20,893 nucleotides of DNA, taken from Breznakia blatticola (GTDB lineage: Bacteria; Bacillota_I; Bacilli_A; Erysipelotrichales; Erysipelotrichaceae). Of the stretch, positions 1 to 8,750 are shown in pieces. How positions within the stretch are numbered: the first letter of the stretch is position 1; each line of letters starts with the position of its first letter. The translations under genes were made by a program, and so were the position numbers. Location of the stretch: positions 1 to 20,893 of the forward strand of contig NZ_SODD01000043.1 of assembly GCF_004365815.1 (NCBI RefSeq), given 5' to 3'. The notes beneath the pieces are model-generated. The model was given only the letters and a program-made list of their open reading frames with translations. It was not told the origin of the DNA and searched no databases.

Positions 1-67
1 CTTTTTTTATACATTATGGTCATGAAATAGTTGAAATATGTTAAAAATAGTTTTCCTCTAGCAAATC

Positions 68-95
68 TTTTCATTTCGAACATTTGTGCTATAAT
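68..95 (+). promoter_or_regulatory. Candidate sigma-A promoter for mreB (TTTTCA-N16-TGcTATAAT)
   Basis: Extended -10 TGcTATAAT at 87-95. Weak -35 TTTTCA at 68-73. Lies about 45 nt upstream of the mreB start. Confidence 0.35.
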
Positions 96-137
96 GATAA
101 AGCGTGAAAATGTATGAAATTGTAGAAAGCGAGGAAG

Positions 138-1130
138 ATGATGTTTTTTAGCAAAGAAGTTGGTATCGACTTAGGTACAGCAAACTTATTAATTTATGTT
201 AAAGGTGAAGGAATCGTCGTTGATGAACCTTCTGTAGTTGCGATAGATGCAGATAGCAAACGCTGTTTAGCTGCTGGTAATGAAGCGAAAGATATGTTAG
301 GTAGAACACCTGGTAAAATCTTAGCAATTCGTCCATTAAAAGATGGAGTGATTGCTGATTTTGAGGTAACTGAAATTATGCTTAACTACTTCTTAAAGAA
401 AATCAATATTAAAGGGATGTTCAAACGTCCAACAATTTTGATTTGTTGCCCAAGTAACATTACAAGTGTAGAACGTAATGCGATCCGTGACTGTGCATAC
501 CGTGCAGGTGCGAAGAAAGTGTTTATTGAAGAAGAACCAAAAGTAGCTGCTGTTGGAGCTGGTTTGGATATTAGTAAACCAAGTGGATGTATGGTGCTTG
601 ATATAGGTGGGGGAACTACTGATATCGCAGTTTTATCATTAGGTGAAATTGTAACAAGTACATCATTAAAAATCGCTGGGGATACATTAGATAAAGATAT
701 TATTAAATATGTAAAAGATAAAAAGAAATTGTTGATTGGTGAACGTACAGCAGAACACATCAAAAAAGAAGTGGGTACAGCTTGGCCAAAAACAAGAAAA
801 GAATCTGTAGAAGTAAGTGGACGTGACCTTGTGACTGGATTACCACACAAAATTACACTAACTAGTGCAGAAACAGAAGAAGCAATGCGTGAGCACCTTG
901 TGCAAATCGTAAGTGCTTGTAAAGTTGTTCTTGAACAAACACCTCCAGAATTAAGTAGTGATATCGTAACTCGCGGTATTGTTATTACAGGTGGTGGTGC
1001 CTTGTTACATGGAATTGATGAACTGCTTGCAAATGAACTAGGAGTTCCTGTATACATCGCTGAAAACGCATTAAGTTGTGTTGCTGAGGGATGTGGAGTT
1101 CTATTAGAAAACCTAGATATCGTTAGCTAA
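138..1130 (+). CDS. mreB: Rod-shape determining actin homologue MreB/Mbl
   Basis: 330-aa ORF with actin-fold ATPase motifs GIDLGTANLL (phosphate-1), LDIGGGTTDIAV (phosphate-2) and ITGGGALLHG (adenosine). Collinear with B. subtilis MreB/Mbl as I recall it. The second ATG at 141 is better spaced from the GAGGA at 131-135 and may be the true start. Confidence 0.93.
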   Translation: MMFFSKEVGIDLGTANLLIYVKGEGIVVDEPSVVAIDADSKRCLAAGNEAKDMLGRTPGKILAIRPLKDGVIADFEVTEIMLNYFLKKINIKGMFKRPTILICCPSNITSVERNAIRDCAYRAGAKKVFIEEEPKVAAVGAGLDISKPSGCMVLDIGGGTTDIAVLSLGEIVTSTSLKIAGDTLDKDIIKYVKDKKKLLIGERTAEHIKKEVGTAWPKTRKESVEVSGRDLVTGLPHKITLTSAETEEAMREHLVQIVSACKVVLEQTPPELSSDIVTRGIVITGGGALLHGIDELLANELGVPVYIAENALSCVAEGCGVLLENLDIVS

Positions 1131-1144
1131 GGGGGTGCTCGCAC

Positions 1145-2212
1145 ATGCAATGGGTACTTTACTTAGTTGTACCTTTATTACTGTCGACAGTGATTACTCC
1201 CATCGTAAATCGTATCGGGATTAAATTAGATATTTATGCACATACAAATGAGCGAACCGTTCACCATGGAAAAATTGCCAGAGTGGGTGGTATTGCCATC
1301 TATGTTGCATTTATCTTATCCATGACCTTCTTTATGGATGGAATAGATGATGCTTTTCGTGGTTTATTAATTGGATCAACGGTTATGTTTATCGGTGGTC
1401 TAATTGATGATATGTTGGATTTGAAACCCATACTAAAAATTGCCTTTCAAGTATTAGCAGCATATATTCTAATCAAAGTAGGTGGAGTCGAGTTAGGTGT
1501 GATTCACTTACCATTTGGTATTGTTATCAATATGGGTGTAGTTTCATTCCTAGTTACTTTTGTATGGATTATAGGGATTAGTAATGCCATCAATCTTGTA
1601 GATGGATTGGATGGACTTGCTGGTGGAATTACAACGATTGTCTTCTTGACGATTGCTGCGATTTCCGTGGCAGATGATCGACCAGATATCGCAATGATTT
1701 CATTGATTATTGCTGGATCGACATTAGGATTTTTATTCTTTAACTTTCATCCTGCGAAAATATTCATGGGTGATTGTGGGGCATTGTTCCTTGGATTTGT
1801 GGTTGCCGCAATTTCCTTAATGGGATTTAAAGGTTCTACATTTATCACATTAGGTTTTCCGATGTTGTTATTAAGTGTACCAATTGTGGATACCTTAAGT
1901 GCAATTGTGAGAAGAACTTTTAGTGGAAAGAAATTCACAGATGCAGATAAAGGACATTTCCATCACGTACTCATGCGACGTTTTGGACATCGTAATACCG
2001 TACTTATTATTTATGCGATAACCATGTCATTTGGTATTGTTGCATATGTATACATTCTAAATCAAAAAATTGGACTGTTATGTGTGGCGTTATTATTTAT
2101 TGGTCTTGAGATTTTCTTAGAGACTTCACAAATGATTTCACCAAAATACCATCCATTGATATCGATTTATCGAATTCTATTTAGAAAAAATGAAAAAGAC
2201 GACAAAGAGTAA
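1145..2212 (+). CDS. tagO: Polyprenyl-phosphate N-acetylhexosamine-1-phosphate transferase (MraY/WecA/TagO family)
   Basis: 355-aa polytopic membrane protein. Family motifs NAINLVDGLDGLAGG and FMGDCGALFLGF. SD AGGGGG at 1131-1136. Confidence 0.85.
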   Translation: MQWVLYLVVPLLLSTVITPIVNRIGIKLDIYAHTNERTVHHGKIARVGGIAIYVAFILSMTFFMDGIDDAFRGLLIGSTVMFIGGLIDDMLDLKPILKIAFQVLAAYILIKVGGVELGVIHLPFGIVINMGVVSFLVTFVWIIGISNAINLVDGLDGLAGGITTIVFLTIAAISVADDRPDIAMISLIIAGSTLGFLFFNFHPAKIFMGDCGALFLGFVVAAISLMGFKGSTFITLGFPMLLLSVPIVDTLSAIVRRTFSGKKFTDADKGHFHHVLMRRFGHRNTVLIIYAITMSFGIVAYVYILNQKIGLLCVALLFIGLEIFLETSQMISPKYHPLISIYRILFRKNEKDDKE

Positions 2213-2228
2213 ATCTTCGTCGTCTTTT
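2194..2228. terminator. Bidirectional intrinsic terminator between convergent tagO and the kinase gene
   Basis: AAAAGACGACAAAGA / TCTTCGTCGTCTTTT inverted repeat with one mismatch and loop GTAAA. A-run on the left and T-run on the right. Overlaps the tagO stop codon. Confidence 0.6.
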
Positions 2229-2234
2229 TGTGTA

Positions 2235-3194
2235 TTATGCTGTTTTTAGTTTGTTTATCAGTTTGTCAGTTATCTCTACATTTCCATATTTCATTGCAAG
2301 TAAGACAGAACCTTTATCTGGTGGTAAAACCGGTTCGACTAAGTCGATGTTAATATCTTCAAGATGTTTTCTTAATGGTTCTAAGATATAGGAACCACTT
2401 GAAAATACACCTCCACTATATGAAACTTTTGCGTATTCCATGTGTAGCGTATGATAAATTGCTTTTATGATGTCCGAAAGTTCTTTTGCTGCTTGATCGT
2501 ATACTGATAAAATAGCTGGATCATTTTTTTGAGCTAGAATGTATGCGTGTTTAGCAAGTGCAGCGATTTGTGTGCGATCATAATTCATAGTAACAACGCA
2601 ATCACGAAGCATATCAGAATCATTTGTCCAATTCATGACCTCGTTCAAATAGGAATAAAGCATTGTTTTTTTATCTCGATGATCACTTTGACGCGTATAT
2701 AATCGTAACATATTGCTAGCAATCCAATATGCACTCCCCTCATCACCGAGAAATGCGTGATGCCATCCACCTGAACGATAACTTTCATTATGTTCGTTAA
2801 TTCCCATCCCGATACTTCCGGTTCCTGCGATAATGTTAATACCTGGTTTTCCGCCAAGCGAACCCGCTAATGCATTTTCATTATCATTACCAATAGTAAA
2901 AGGAATTGACTGTAACGCGTTTTTTGCACTTTGTTCAATCTTAGGATCATCATCGATAATATCACCATATCCAGCACATGCTGCAAAACAATAACTAATT
3001 TGATTTCGGCTAAGATTTGCTTGACTAAGGCAATCATCAATTCCATCATTGAGGACTTTTGTTACACCATCAAATCCAGCTTGTAGATAATGTGAGGTTG
3101 GTTGAATGGATTCCGAGATAATAATTCCACGATCATCTGTTAGTAGAAACTTTGTTTTCGTTCCTCCTCCATCAATACCTAAAAAATATTTCAT
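2235..3194 (-). CDS. BadF/BadG/BcrA/BcrD-type ATPase, N-acetylglucosamine-kinase-like sugar kinase
   Basis: 319 aa. N-terminal LGIDGGGTKTKF and central IIAGTGSIGMG ATPase motifs typical of the family. Its ATG overlaps the regulator stop (ATGA at 3191-3194), and its GGAGG SD lies inside the regulator 3' end. Confidence 0.8.
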   Translation of the reverse strand: MKYFLGIDGGGTKTKFLLTDDRGIIISESIQPTSHYLQAGFDGVTKVLNDGIDDCLSQANLSRNQISYCFAACAGYGDIIDDDPKIEQSAKNALQSIPFTIGNDNENALAGSLGGKPGINIIAGTGSIGMGINEHNESYRSGGWHHAFLGDEGSAYWIASNMLRLYTRQSDHRDKKTMLYSYLNEVMNWTNDSDMLRDCVVTMNYDRTQIAALAKHAYILAQKNDPAILSVYDQAAKELSDIIKAIYHTLHMEYAKVSYSGGVFSSGSYILEPLRKHLEDINIDLVEPVLPPDKGSVLLAMKYGNVEITDKLINKLKTA

Positions 3195-4198
3195 TTCGAT
3201 TTTCCTCCTGTAGATTCACGTTCGATTAGTGTGACAGGTAATGAAATTGTATAAATTTCTGTATCTGTATTTGTAAGCAATTCGTGAAGTCGTTTGATTG
3301 CAAGTTTTCCAATTGTTTTTGTAGGTACTTCAATCGTACTAAGTGGTGGGGTGGTATGTTCTGATGTAGGGATGTTGTTAAAGCCAATAACAGAAATATC
3401 ATCAGGACATCGTAACCCAGATGCAAAAATGCGTCCAAGTATTACAGAACCAAGGGTATCACTACCTGCAAAGATAGCATCAGGTCGATTTTCAAGTGCA
3501 AGTATTTCATCGGTTTGCTTTCCACATGTGTTAAGATCCCAATCACAATTTCTCACGATGGCTTCATCAAAAGTTAAGTCATTTCTTCGTAAAGTTTCTC
3601 TATATGCTGCCATACGCAATGTATCGTCAAATACTTCATTAATCCCTGCACCACCAATATAAGCAATTCGTCTGTTTCCTTTTTGGATTAGATGTTCTAA
3701 GGCGATTGTAGTTGCACGATAGGCATCAAATGTAATGATATTAAGATTACTTTGGATTGGGTCGATACCGATAATGTGTGGAATTTTGCTTTGTAGTTGT
3801 TGCATCATGTCGGCTGGTAGACGCTCCATGATGATTACACCATCTAATTCAAAATCTAAAAACTCTTTTAGTATTTCAGGTTTTAAAAGTTCATTATAGT
3901 TTCTAGCAATAATTGGTTGAATGTCTAATTTCTCTGCCTCTGCTTCGGCCGCTGATAAAATAGATGTGAAATACGGGTCGGAATATTTTTCTGCAGTCAG
4001 TGCTAAGATGAAACCAACACGCCATGGTTTCTTTTTTGTTTTTTTAGATTTGTATATATAGTTTAGGTCTTTAGCTGCGCTGAAGATCTTTTCTTTTGTT
4101 TCAGGTGTTACTTTAAAACTCTCGTCATTAGATAATACACGAGCAACAGTAGCTAAAGAAACATCTGCTTTTTTTGCTACATCTCTCAAATTTGACAT
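3191..4198 (-). CDS. LacI/GalR-family transcriptional regulator
   Basis: 335 aa. N-terminal HTH MSNLRDVAKKADVSLATVARVLSN followed by a periplasmic-binding-protein-like sugar-binding core. SD CCTCCT (reverse complement AGGAGG) at 4205-4210. Confidence 0.9.
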   Translation of the reverse strand: MSNLRDVAKKADVSLATVARVLSNDESFKVTPETKEKIFSAAKDLNYIYKSKKTKKKPWRVGFILALTAEKYSDPYFTSILSAAEAEAEKLDIQPIIARNYNELLKPEILKEFLDFELDGVIIMERLPADMMQQLQSKIPHIIGIDPIQSNLNIITFDAYRATTIALEHLIQKGNRRIAYIGGAGINEVFDDTLRMAAYRETLRRNDLTFDEAIVRNCDWDLNTCGKQTDEILALENRPDAIFAGSDTLGSVILGRIFASGLRCPDDISVIGFNNIPTSEHTTPPLSTIEVPTKTIGKLAIKRLHELLTNTDTEIYTISLPVTLIERESTGGKSK

Positions 4199-4210
4199 AA
4201 TAATCCTCCT

Positions 4211-4223
4211 TGTTTAGTAAACA
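4211..4223. promoter_or_regulatory. Palindromic operator candidate TGTTTAgTAAACA (left copy)
   Basis: Perfect 6+1+6 palindrome directly abutting the regulator SD and just downstream of the candidate minus-strand -10. An identical 13-mer recurs at 4330-4342. Confidence 0.5.
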
Positions 4224-4251
4224 GTATAATACATAATTCATACATAATCAA
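4223..4251 (-). promoter_or_regulatory. Candidate sigma-A promoter for the regulator-kinase operon (TTGATT-N17-TATACT on the minus strand)
   Basis: The reverse complement of 4246-4251 is TTGATT and of 4223-4228 is TATACT, with a 17-nt spacer. Confidence 0.45.
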
Positions 4252-4264
4252 GCAAAAATATTAA

Positions 4265-4278
4265 TGTAAGGGTTTACA
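4265..4278. promoter_or_regulatory. cre-like / LacI-type 14-bp palindrome TGTAAGGGTTTACA
   Basis: Matches 13 of 14 positions of the CcpA cre consensus TGWAANCGNTNWCA as I recall it; the central C is replaced by G. Arms TGTAA/TTACA are inverted. Overlaps the -35 of the + strand promoter. Confidence 0.45.
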
Positions 4279-4301
4279 TATTAAAATATGTGTGATATTA
4301 T
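4273..4301 (+). promoter_or_regulatory. Candidate sigma-A promoter for the melA-ABC operon (TTTACA-N17-TGaTATTAT)
   Basis: -35 TTTACA at 4273-4278, 17-nt spacer, TG at 4293-4294 and -10 TATTAT at 4296-4301. Confidence 0.5.
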
Positions 4302-4329
4302 CGCAGTATACAAGATAAACATTCAATTA

Positions 4330-4342
4330 TGTTTAGTAAACA
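4330..4342. promoter_or_regulatory. Palindromic operator candidate TGTTTAgTAAACA (right copy)
   Basis: Identical 13-mer to 4211-4223, directly abutting the melA SD (AAGGAGG at 4342-4348). With the SDs, the two copies form a 19-bp inverted repeat: 4205-4223 versus 4330-4348. Confidence 0.5.
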
Positions 4343-4352
4343 AGGAGGAGAA

Positions 4353-5681
4353 ATGAGAAAGAAGATTACATTTATTGGAGCAGGTTCTTTAGATTTTACT
4401 AGAGATCTAGTAAGAGACATTCTTACATTCGATAGTTTTAAAGATTGCGAGATCTGCTTAATGGATATTGATGAAAAAAGATTAGAATATTCAAAAATGG
4501 GTGTGGAAAAGATTTTGAATAAAGGTAAATATCCAGCAACAGTAAAAGCAACAACTGATCGGCTAGATGCATTAAAAGATGCAGATGGAGTATTAATTAC
4601 AATTTTACAAGGTGGAGTTGAAGTTTGGCGAAACGATATTGAAATTCCTAAAAAGTATGGTGTCGATATTTGTGTAGGTGATACAAGAGGACCTTCAGGT
4701 ATCTTTAGATTTTTACGAACTGCACCAATTATGTTAGATATTATCAGAGATTGTGAAAAGGTTTGTCCAAATGCAATTGTATTGAACTATACAAATCCAA
4801 TGGCGATGTTAGTAAGTTACTTACAATCACAAACAAAGGTAAATGTTACAGGTCTTTGTCACAGTGTACAAGGAACAGCAAGTATGCTAGCTGAGTGGAT
4901 TGGTGCAGATCCAAAAGACATTGAATATACATGTGCTGGGATTAATCATCAAGCATTCTATTTAGAGTATAAGTGGAATGGTGAGGATGCATATCCAAAA
5001 CTTAAAGAAGCAATTCAAAAACCAGAAATCTATAATGAGGAAATTGTACGTAATGAAATGTTTAAGTATTTTCATTACTTTCCAACAGAATCAAGTGGAC
5101 ATAACTCAGAATATATTCCTTGGTTTAGAAAAAGACAGGATTTAATTGAAACGTATTGTTTACCAGGAACTGGATGGAATCCAGGAGCTTATGGATATAT
5201 TTTAGATGAATATCTTGAGCGTGAAGATACATGGGAAGATGAATACAAGAAATGGTTAGATGAAGGCGAGGTTGAATTAGAAAGAGGGGAGGAATATGCA
5301 TCATTTATATTCAACGCAATCTTTGGAAATCATGAACCATTCTACTTCAATGGAAATTTACGAAATCAAGGTTACATAACAAACTTGATGGATGGAGCGT
5401 GTGTAGAAGTTCCAGTAGTAGCTACAAAAATGGGAATTACACCAATTAAAAGAGTTACACTGCCTGATCATATCGGAGCACTTGTTTCCAATTCATCAAG
5501 ATTGGAAGAACTTGCAGTAAGAGGAGCAATAGAGAAAGATCCATATCTAATTTTTAGTGCAATTTTAATGGATCCACTTACTGCTAGCGTATGCAGTATG
5601 AAAGAAATTCGTGAAATGGTAAAAGAGATGTTTGAAGCAAATAAAGCATATTTAACATACTTTAATCCAATTAATTTTTAA
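4353..5681 (+). CDS. melA: Glycoside hydrolase family 4 alpha-galactosidase (MelA-like, NAD+/Mn2+-dependent)
   Basis: N-terminal Rossmann motif KITFIGAGS. GH4 motifs NYTNPMAM, GLCHSVQGTA and AGINHQAF, collinear with E. coli and B. subtilis MelA as I recall them. Start moved from the track ATG (4329) to ATG 4353, which has a well-spaced AAGGAGG. Confidence 0.85.
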   Translation: MRKKITFIGAGSLDFTRDLVRDILTFDSFKDCEICLMDIDEKRLEYSKMGVEKILNKGKYPATVKATTDRLDALKDADGVLITILQGGVEVWRNDIEIPKKYGVDICVGDTRGPSGIFRFLRTAPIMLDIIRDCEKVCPNAIVLNYTNPMAMLVSYLQSQTKVNVTGLCHSVQGTASMLAEWIGADPKDIEYTCAGINHQAFYLEYKWNGEDAYPKLKEAIQKPEIYNEEIVRNEMFKYFHYFPTESSGHNSEYIPWFRKRQDLIETYCLPGTGWNPGAYGYILDEYLEREDTWEDEYKKWLDEGEVELERGEEYASFIFNAIFGNHEPFYFNGNLRNQGYITNLMDGACVEVPVVATKMGITPIKRVTLPDHIGALVSNSSRLEELAVRGAIEKDPYLIFSAILMDPLTASVCSMKEIREMVKEMFEANKAYLTYFNPINF

Positions 5682-5706
5682 AAAGAAAACATAGAGGAGA
5701 CAGAAA

Positions 5707-6984
5707 ATGAAATTTTTAAAGGCATGCTTAGCATGTATGTTGGTTTTTACACTTACTGCTTGTGGACAAGGATCATCAGATGAGAATAGTGATAAAACCG
5801 TATTAACTTTTTGGGGACATCAAAATGAAGCTTGGAATAAGGCATATGAAGAAATGGCTGCTAAGTTTGAAGCAGAAAATGAAGATATCGAGATTAAATT
5901 TGAATTCTTCCCATATGATCAATTCGAGTCAAAAGTACAAACGTCTTTACTTTCACAAGAAGGTGGAGCTGATATTTATGAATTATGGGGTGGTTGGGGT
6001 ATCGATTTTGCACCAACGGGTGCATTAGCTCCAATCAATGACACACTAACAAAAGAGATTCTAGATGGATATTATGAACCAACATATGGATCACTAATGT
6101 TTGAAGAAAAACTGTATGGGTTCCCATTAGAGTTCAATATTGAATATGGTGGAATGATTATAAATGACAATATATTAGAAGAAAAGAGTATTTCAGTTCC
6201 ACAAAACTGGGAAGAACTTCGTACTGCCGCAAAAAACGCAACAGTAAAAGATGGAGATACATTTGTTACTAAAGGATTTGACTTTGTAAACTGGGATTCA
6301 GTTACATATATGTTTACATCGATGATTATGTCACAAGGTGGTTCATATCAAAATGAAGATGGTACATTTACATTCAATACTGAAGAAGGAAGAAAAGCAT
6401 TCCAAGAACTTACGGATATGGTTGTTAAAGATGGTGTAACCGATTTATCAGGATTAACAGGTGGTGAAGGTCTTGAAGGATATCAACAATTATTTGCAGG
6501 AACAACTGCAATGGTACCAAGAGGGCCATGGACAATCTCAGAGGGTGAACTATCCTTTGAGTTGAAGTATGGAGAAGATTTTGATTATGTTTCTTTACCA
6601 TTCTATGGAGAAACGAAATCATTTGCAGCAGAAACAGGTTGGTCATTAGCAGTTAATGGAAACAGTAAGAAAAGTGATGCAGCAATGCGTTTCTTAGAAT
6701 TCTTTGCACAAGAAGAAAACTTGTTAGAATTCAACGTAGCATGTGCTCAAATTCCAGCAAGTAAAGAAGTTGCGCAAGATCCAGAATTTATAAAGAAAAT
6801 GCCTTATGCAGAACCATTAGTTAAGATTTTAGATGATGGACACTTTGTTGGATATTTCAATACGGATACATTCAAAGAAAAAATCAATGAAGTGTTTACG
6901 GAATATGCAACAGGTGGATATGCATCAGTTGATGATGCATTAATGGATTTAGATAAAAAACTAAATTCCGCAATAAATAAGTAG
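5707..6984 (+). CDS. ABC transporter extracellular sugar-binding lipoprotein (CUT1 / SBP family 1)
   Basis: 425 aa. Signal peptide ending in lipobox LTAC (Cys19). Position and size match MsmE/MalE-like binding proteins. SD GAGGAG at 5693-5698. Confidence 0.88.
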   Translation: MKFLKACLACMLVFTLTACGQGSSDENSDKTVLTFWGHQNEAWNKAYEEMAAKFEAENEDIEIKFEFFPYDQFESKVQTSLLSQEGGADIYELWGGWGIDFAPTGALAPINDTLTKEILDGYYEPTYGSLMFEEKLYGFPLEFNIEYGGMIINDNILEEKSISVPQNWEELRTAAKNATVKDGDTFVTKGFDFVNWDSVTYMFTSMIMSQGGSYQNEDGTFTFNTEEGRKAFQELTDMVVKDGVTDLSGLTGGEGLEGYQQLFAGTTAMVPRGPWTISEGELSFELKYGEDFDYVSLPFYGETKSFAAETGWSLAVNGNSKKSDAAMRFLEFFAQEENLLEFNVACAQIPASKEVAQDPEFIKKMPYAEPLVKILDDGHFVGYFNTDTFKEKINEVFTEYATGGYASVDDALMDLDKKLNSAINK

Positions 6985-6990
6985 GGGGTT

Positions 6991-7006
6991 GGGGAGACTT
7001 CTCCCC
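6991..7006 (+). other. GC-rich intercistronic stem-loop between the SBP and permease genes
   Basis: GGGGAG-ACTT-CTCCCC: a 6-bp G/C stem with a 4-nt loop and no T-run. This placement is typical of mRNA-stabilising or partially terminating hairpins that raise SBP:permease stoichiometry. Confidence 0.5.
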
Positions 7007-7029
7007 TTAACTCCATAAAGGAGAAGAAA

Positions 7030-7905
7030 ATGAAAAACAAGAAATTTGTGAGAATTGTTCTTATTCCAGTATTTATTCATATGATTGTCTTTATTATTAT
7101 GCCAATTGTTGCTGGATTAGGAATGTCGTTTCTTGATTATAATCCACTTCGTTCGATAAACGAGTTTATAGGATTTAGCAACTTTGAAAGATTACTTGCA
7201 GATGATAATTTCAAAATTGCTTTAGTTAATACATTGGTATTCGTAATAGTAACCGTATGTATCAATATCATTTTGTCTCTAGTTCTTGCACAGTTGATAA
7301 ATATGTTTAAATCAAACAAAACAAGAAGTTTGTTTAGAATGATTTTCTTCCTACCATGTGTTGCACCACTGGTTGCTTCATCTGTGGTTTGGGGAAAAAG
7401 TATATTTCCAACTGTGAATGGATTAGCAAATATGATCTTGAATGCACTTGGTTTGTCGAGTGTAAACTGGATAGGTGATCCAAGTATGGTTATGATATCT
7501 ATCATTATATTTACGATTTGGGCAGATATTGGATATAACGTAATTTTGTTTACGGCTGGACTTGATGGGATTCCAAAGGACTACTATGAAGCAGCAGAAC
7601 TTGATGGAGCAAACGGTTTTCAGAAATTTAGATATATTACTGTGCCATTACTAGGTAGAACCTTTGCGTTTGTCACATTGATGACACTAATATCACACTT
7701 CCAAATGTTTGCACAGTTCTCAGTAATGATTTTAAGAAATGGTCCAGCAAATTCTGGACTTGTATTAACAAGTTATATTTATAAAACGGCATTTGAAACA
7801 AAAGATATGGGATATGCATCAGCGATTTCGATGGTGTTGTTCATCATAATCTTGGGAATTACGATGGTTCAACAAAAAGCAAACAAAGTAGATTGGGAGT
7901 ATTAG
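7030..7905 (+). CDS. ABC sugar transporter permease (MalF/UgpA-like)
   Basis: 291 aa with 6 predicted TM segments. EAA loop YEAAELDGANGFQKFRYITVPLL. SD AAAGGAGAAG upstream. Confidence 0.9.
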   Translation: MKNKKFVRIVLIPVFIHMIVFIIMPIVAGLGMSFLDYNPLRSINEFIGFSNFERLLADDNFKIALVNTLVFVIVTVCINIILSLVLAQLINMFKSNKTRSLFRMIFFLPCVAPLVASSVVWGKSIFPTVNGLANMILNALGLSSVNWIGDPSMVMISIIIFTIWADIGYNVILFTAGLDGIPKDYYEAAELDGANGFQKFRYITVPLLGRTFAFVTLMTLISHFQMFAQFSVMILRNGPANSGLVLTSYIYKTAFETKDMGYASAISMVLFIIILGITMVQQKANKVDWEY

Positions 7906-7906
7906 T

Positions 7907-8740
7907 ATGAAATTAAAAATAAAAAGAGAACAGGTTGTTCGTTTTAGTATATTTTTGCTTCTTGCATTAATTGCTGTATTCTTCATACTTCCATACATTT
8001 GGATGATTTTGAATTCTTTTAAATCAACGAAAGAGATTTTAATGTCACCAAAGAATATTTTCCCAGAACACTTTACACTTGATGCATACATAAAAGTATT
8101 AACAAATTCACCATTCTTTACGTGGTTTAAAAACAGTGCATTTATTACCATCACAAATACACTAGTCATTTTGTTTGTGAGTGCAATTGTTGGGTATGTG
8201 TTTTCGAAATATGAATTTCGTTTCAAGAAAACGTTATTTATGATTGTACTGGCTACAATGATGGTTCCAGCACAAACAACAATGATTCCATCATTCTTAT
8301 TAATCGATAAGCTTGGCTTGTACAATACAGCAGGTGCATTAATTTTTCCTACATTTGTTAATGCATTTGGAATTTACCTATGTAAACAATTCTGTGATGA
8401 GATTCCTGCTGAAATTATAGAAAGTGCAAAACTTGATGGTGCAGGCGATATTACAATATTCTTTAGAATCGTATTGCCAATGATCAAGCCAGCAATTGGA
8501 GCGCTTGCAATATTCACATTCTTAACATACTGGAATGATTATTTAAATCCATTAATTATGTTGAGCGAAGTGAAAAATATGACATTACCTTTAGCGTTAT
8601 CATTCTTTGCACAACAACATACAGCAGATTTAGCAGCACAAATGGCAGCGTCAGCATTAATTATGATACCAGTAACCATCGTATTTATGACATTCCAAAA
8701 ATACTTTATCAAAGGTATCGCAATGACAGGTATGAAATAG
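7907..8740 (+). CDS. ABC sugar transporter permease (MalG/UgpE-like)
   Basis: 277 aa. EAA loop [24 protein letters not shown]. Starts 1 nt after the preceding stop. Confidence 0.9.
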   Translation: MKLKIKREQVVRFSIFLLLALIAVFFILPYIWMILNSFKSTKEILMSPKNIFPEHFTLDAYIKVLTNSPFFTWFKNSAFITITNTLVILFVSAIVGYVFSKYEFRFKKTLFMIVLATMMVPAQTTMIPSFLLIDKLGLYNTAGALIFPTFVNAFGIYLCKQFCDEIPAEIIESAKLDGAGDITIFFRIVLPMIKPAIGALAIFTFLTYWNDYLNPLIMLSEVKNMTLPLALSFFAQQHTADLAAQMAASALIMIPVTIVFMTFQKYFIKGIAMTGMK

Positions 8741-8750
8741 AGGAGTCACC

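Noticed and set aside
386-1057. 223-aa minus-strand ORF inside mreB
   Set aside because: It lies fully antisense to a motif-rich, clearly real mreB gene. The product is low-complexity and Ser/Thr/Ile-rich with no motifs, which is typical of a shadow ORF.
3294-3662. 122-aa plus-strand ORF inside the LacI regulator gene, and small minus-strand ORFs at 2645-3049 and 3226-3438
   Set aside because: These are antisense or out-of-frame shadows of well-supported genes. They have no SD and no recognisable motifs.
4329-4352. ORF-track upstream start of melA (MFSKQGGE)
   Set aside because: These codons are the operator palindrome plus the AAGGAGG SD for the ATG at 4353.
7137-8325. Minus-strand ORFs of 122 and 168 aa across the permease genes
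   Set aside because: They are antisense to two permease genes with clear EAA loops and TM topology, so I treat them as shadow ORFs.
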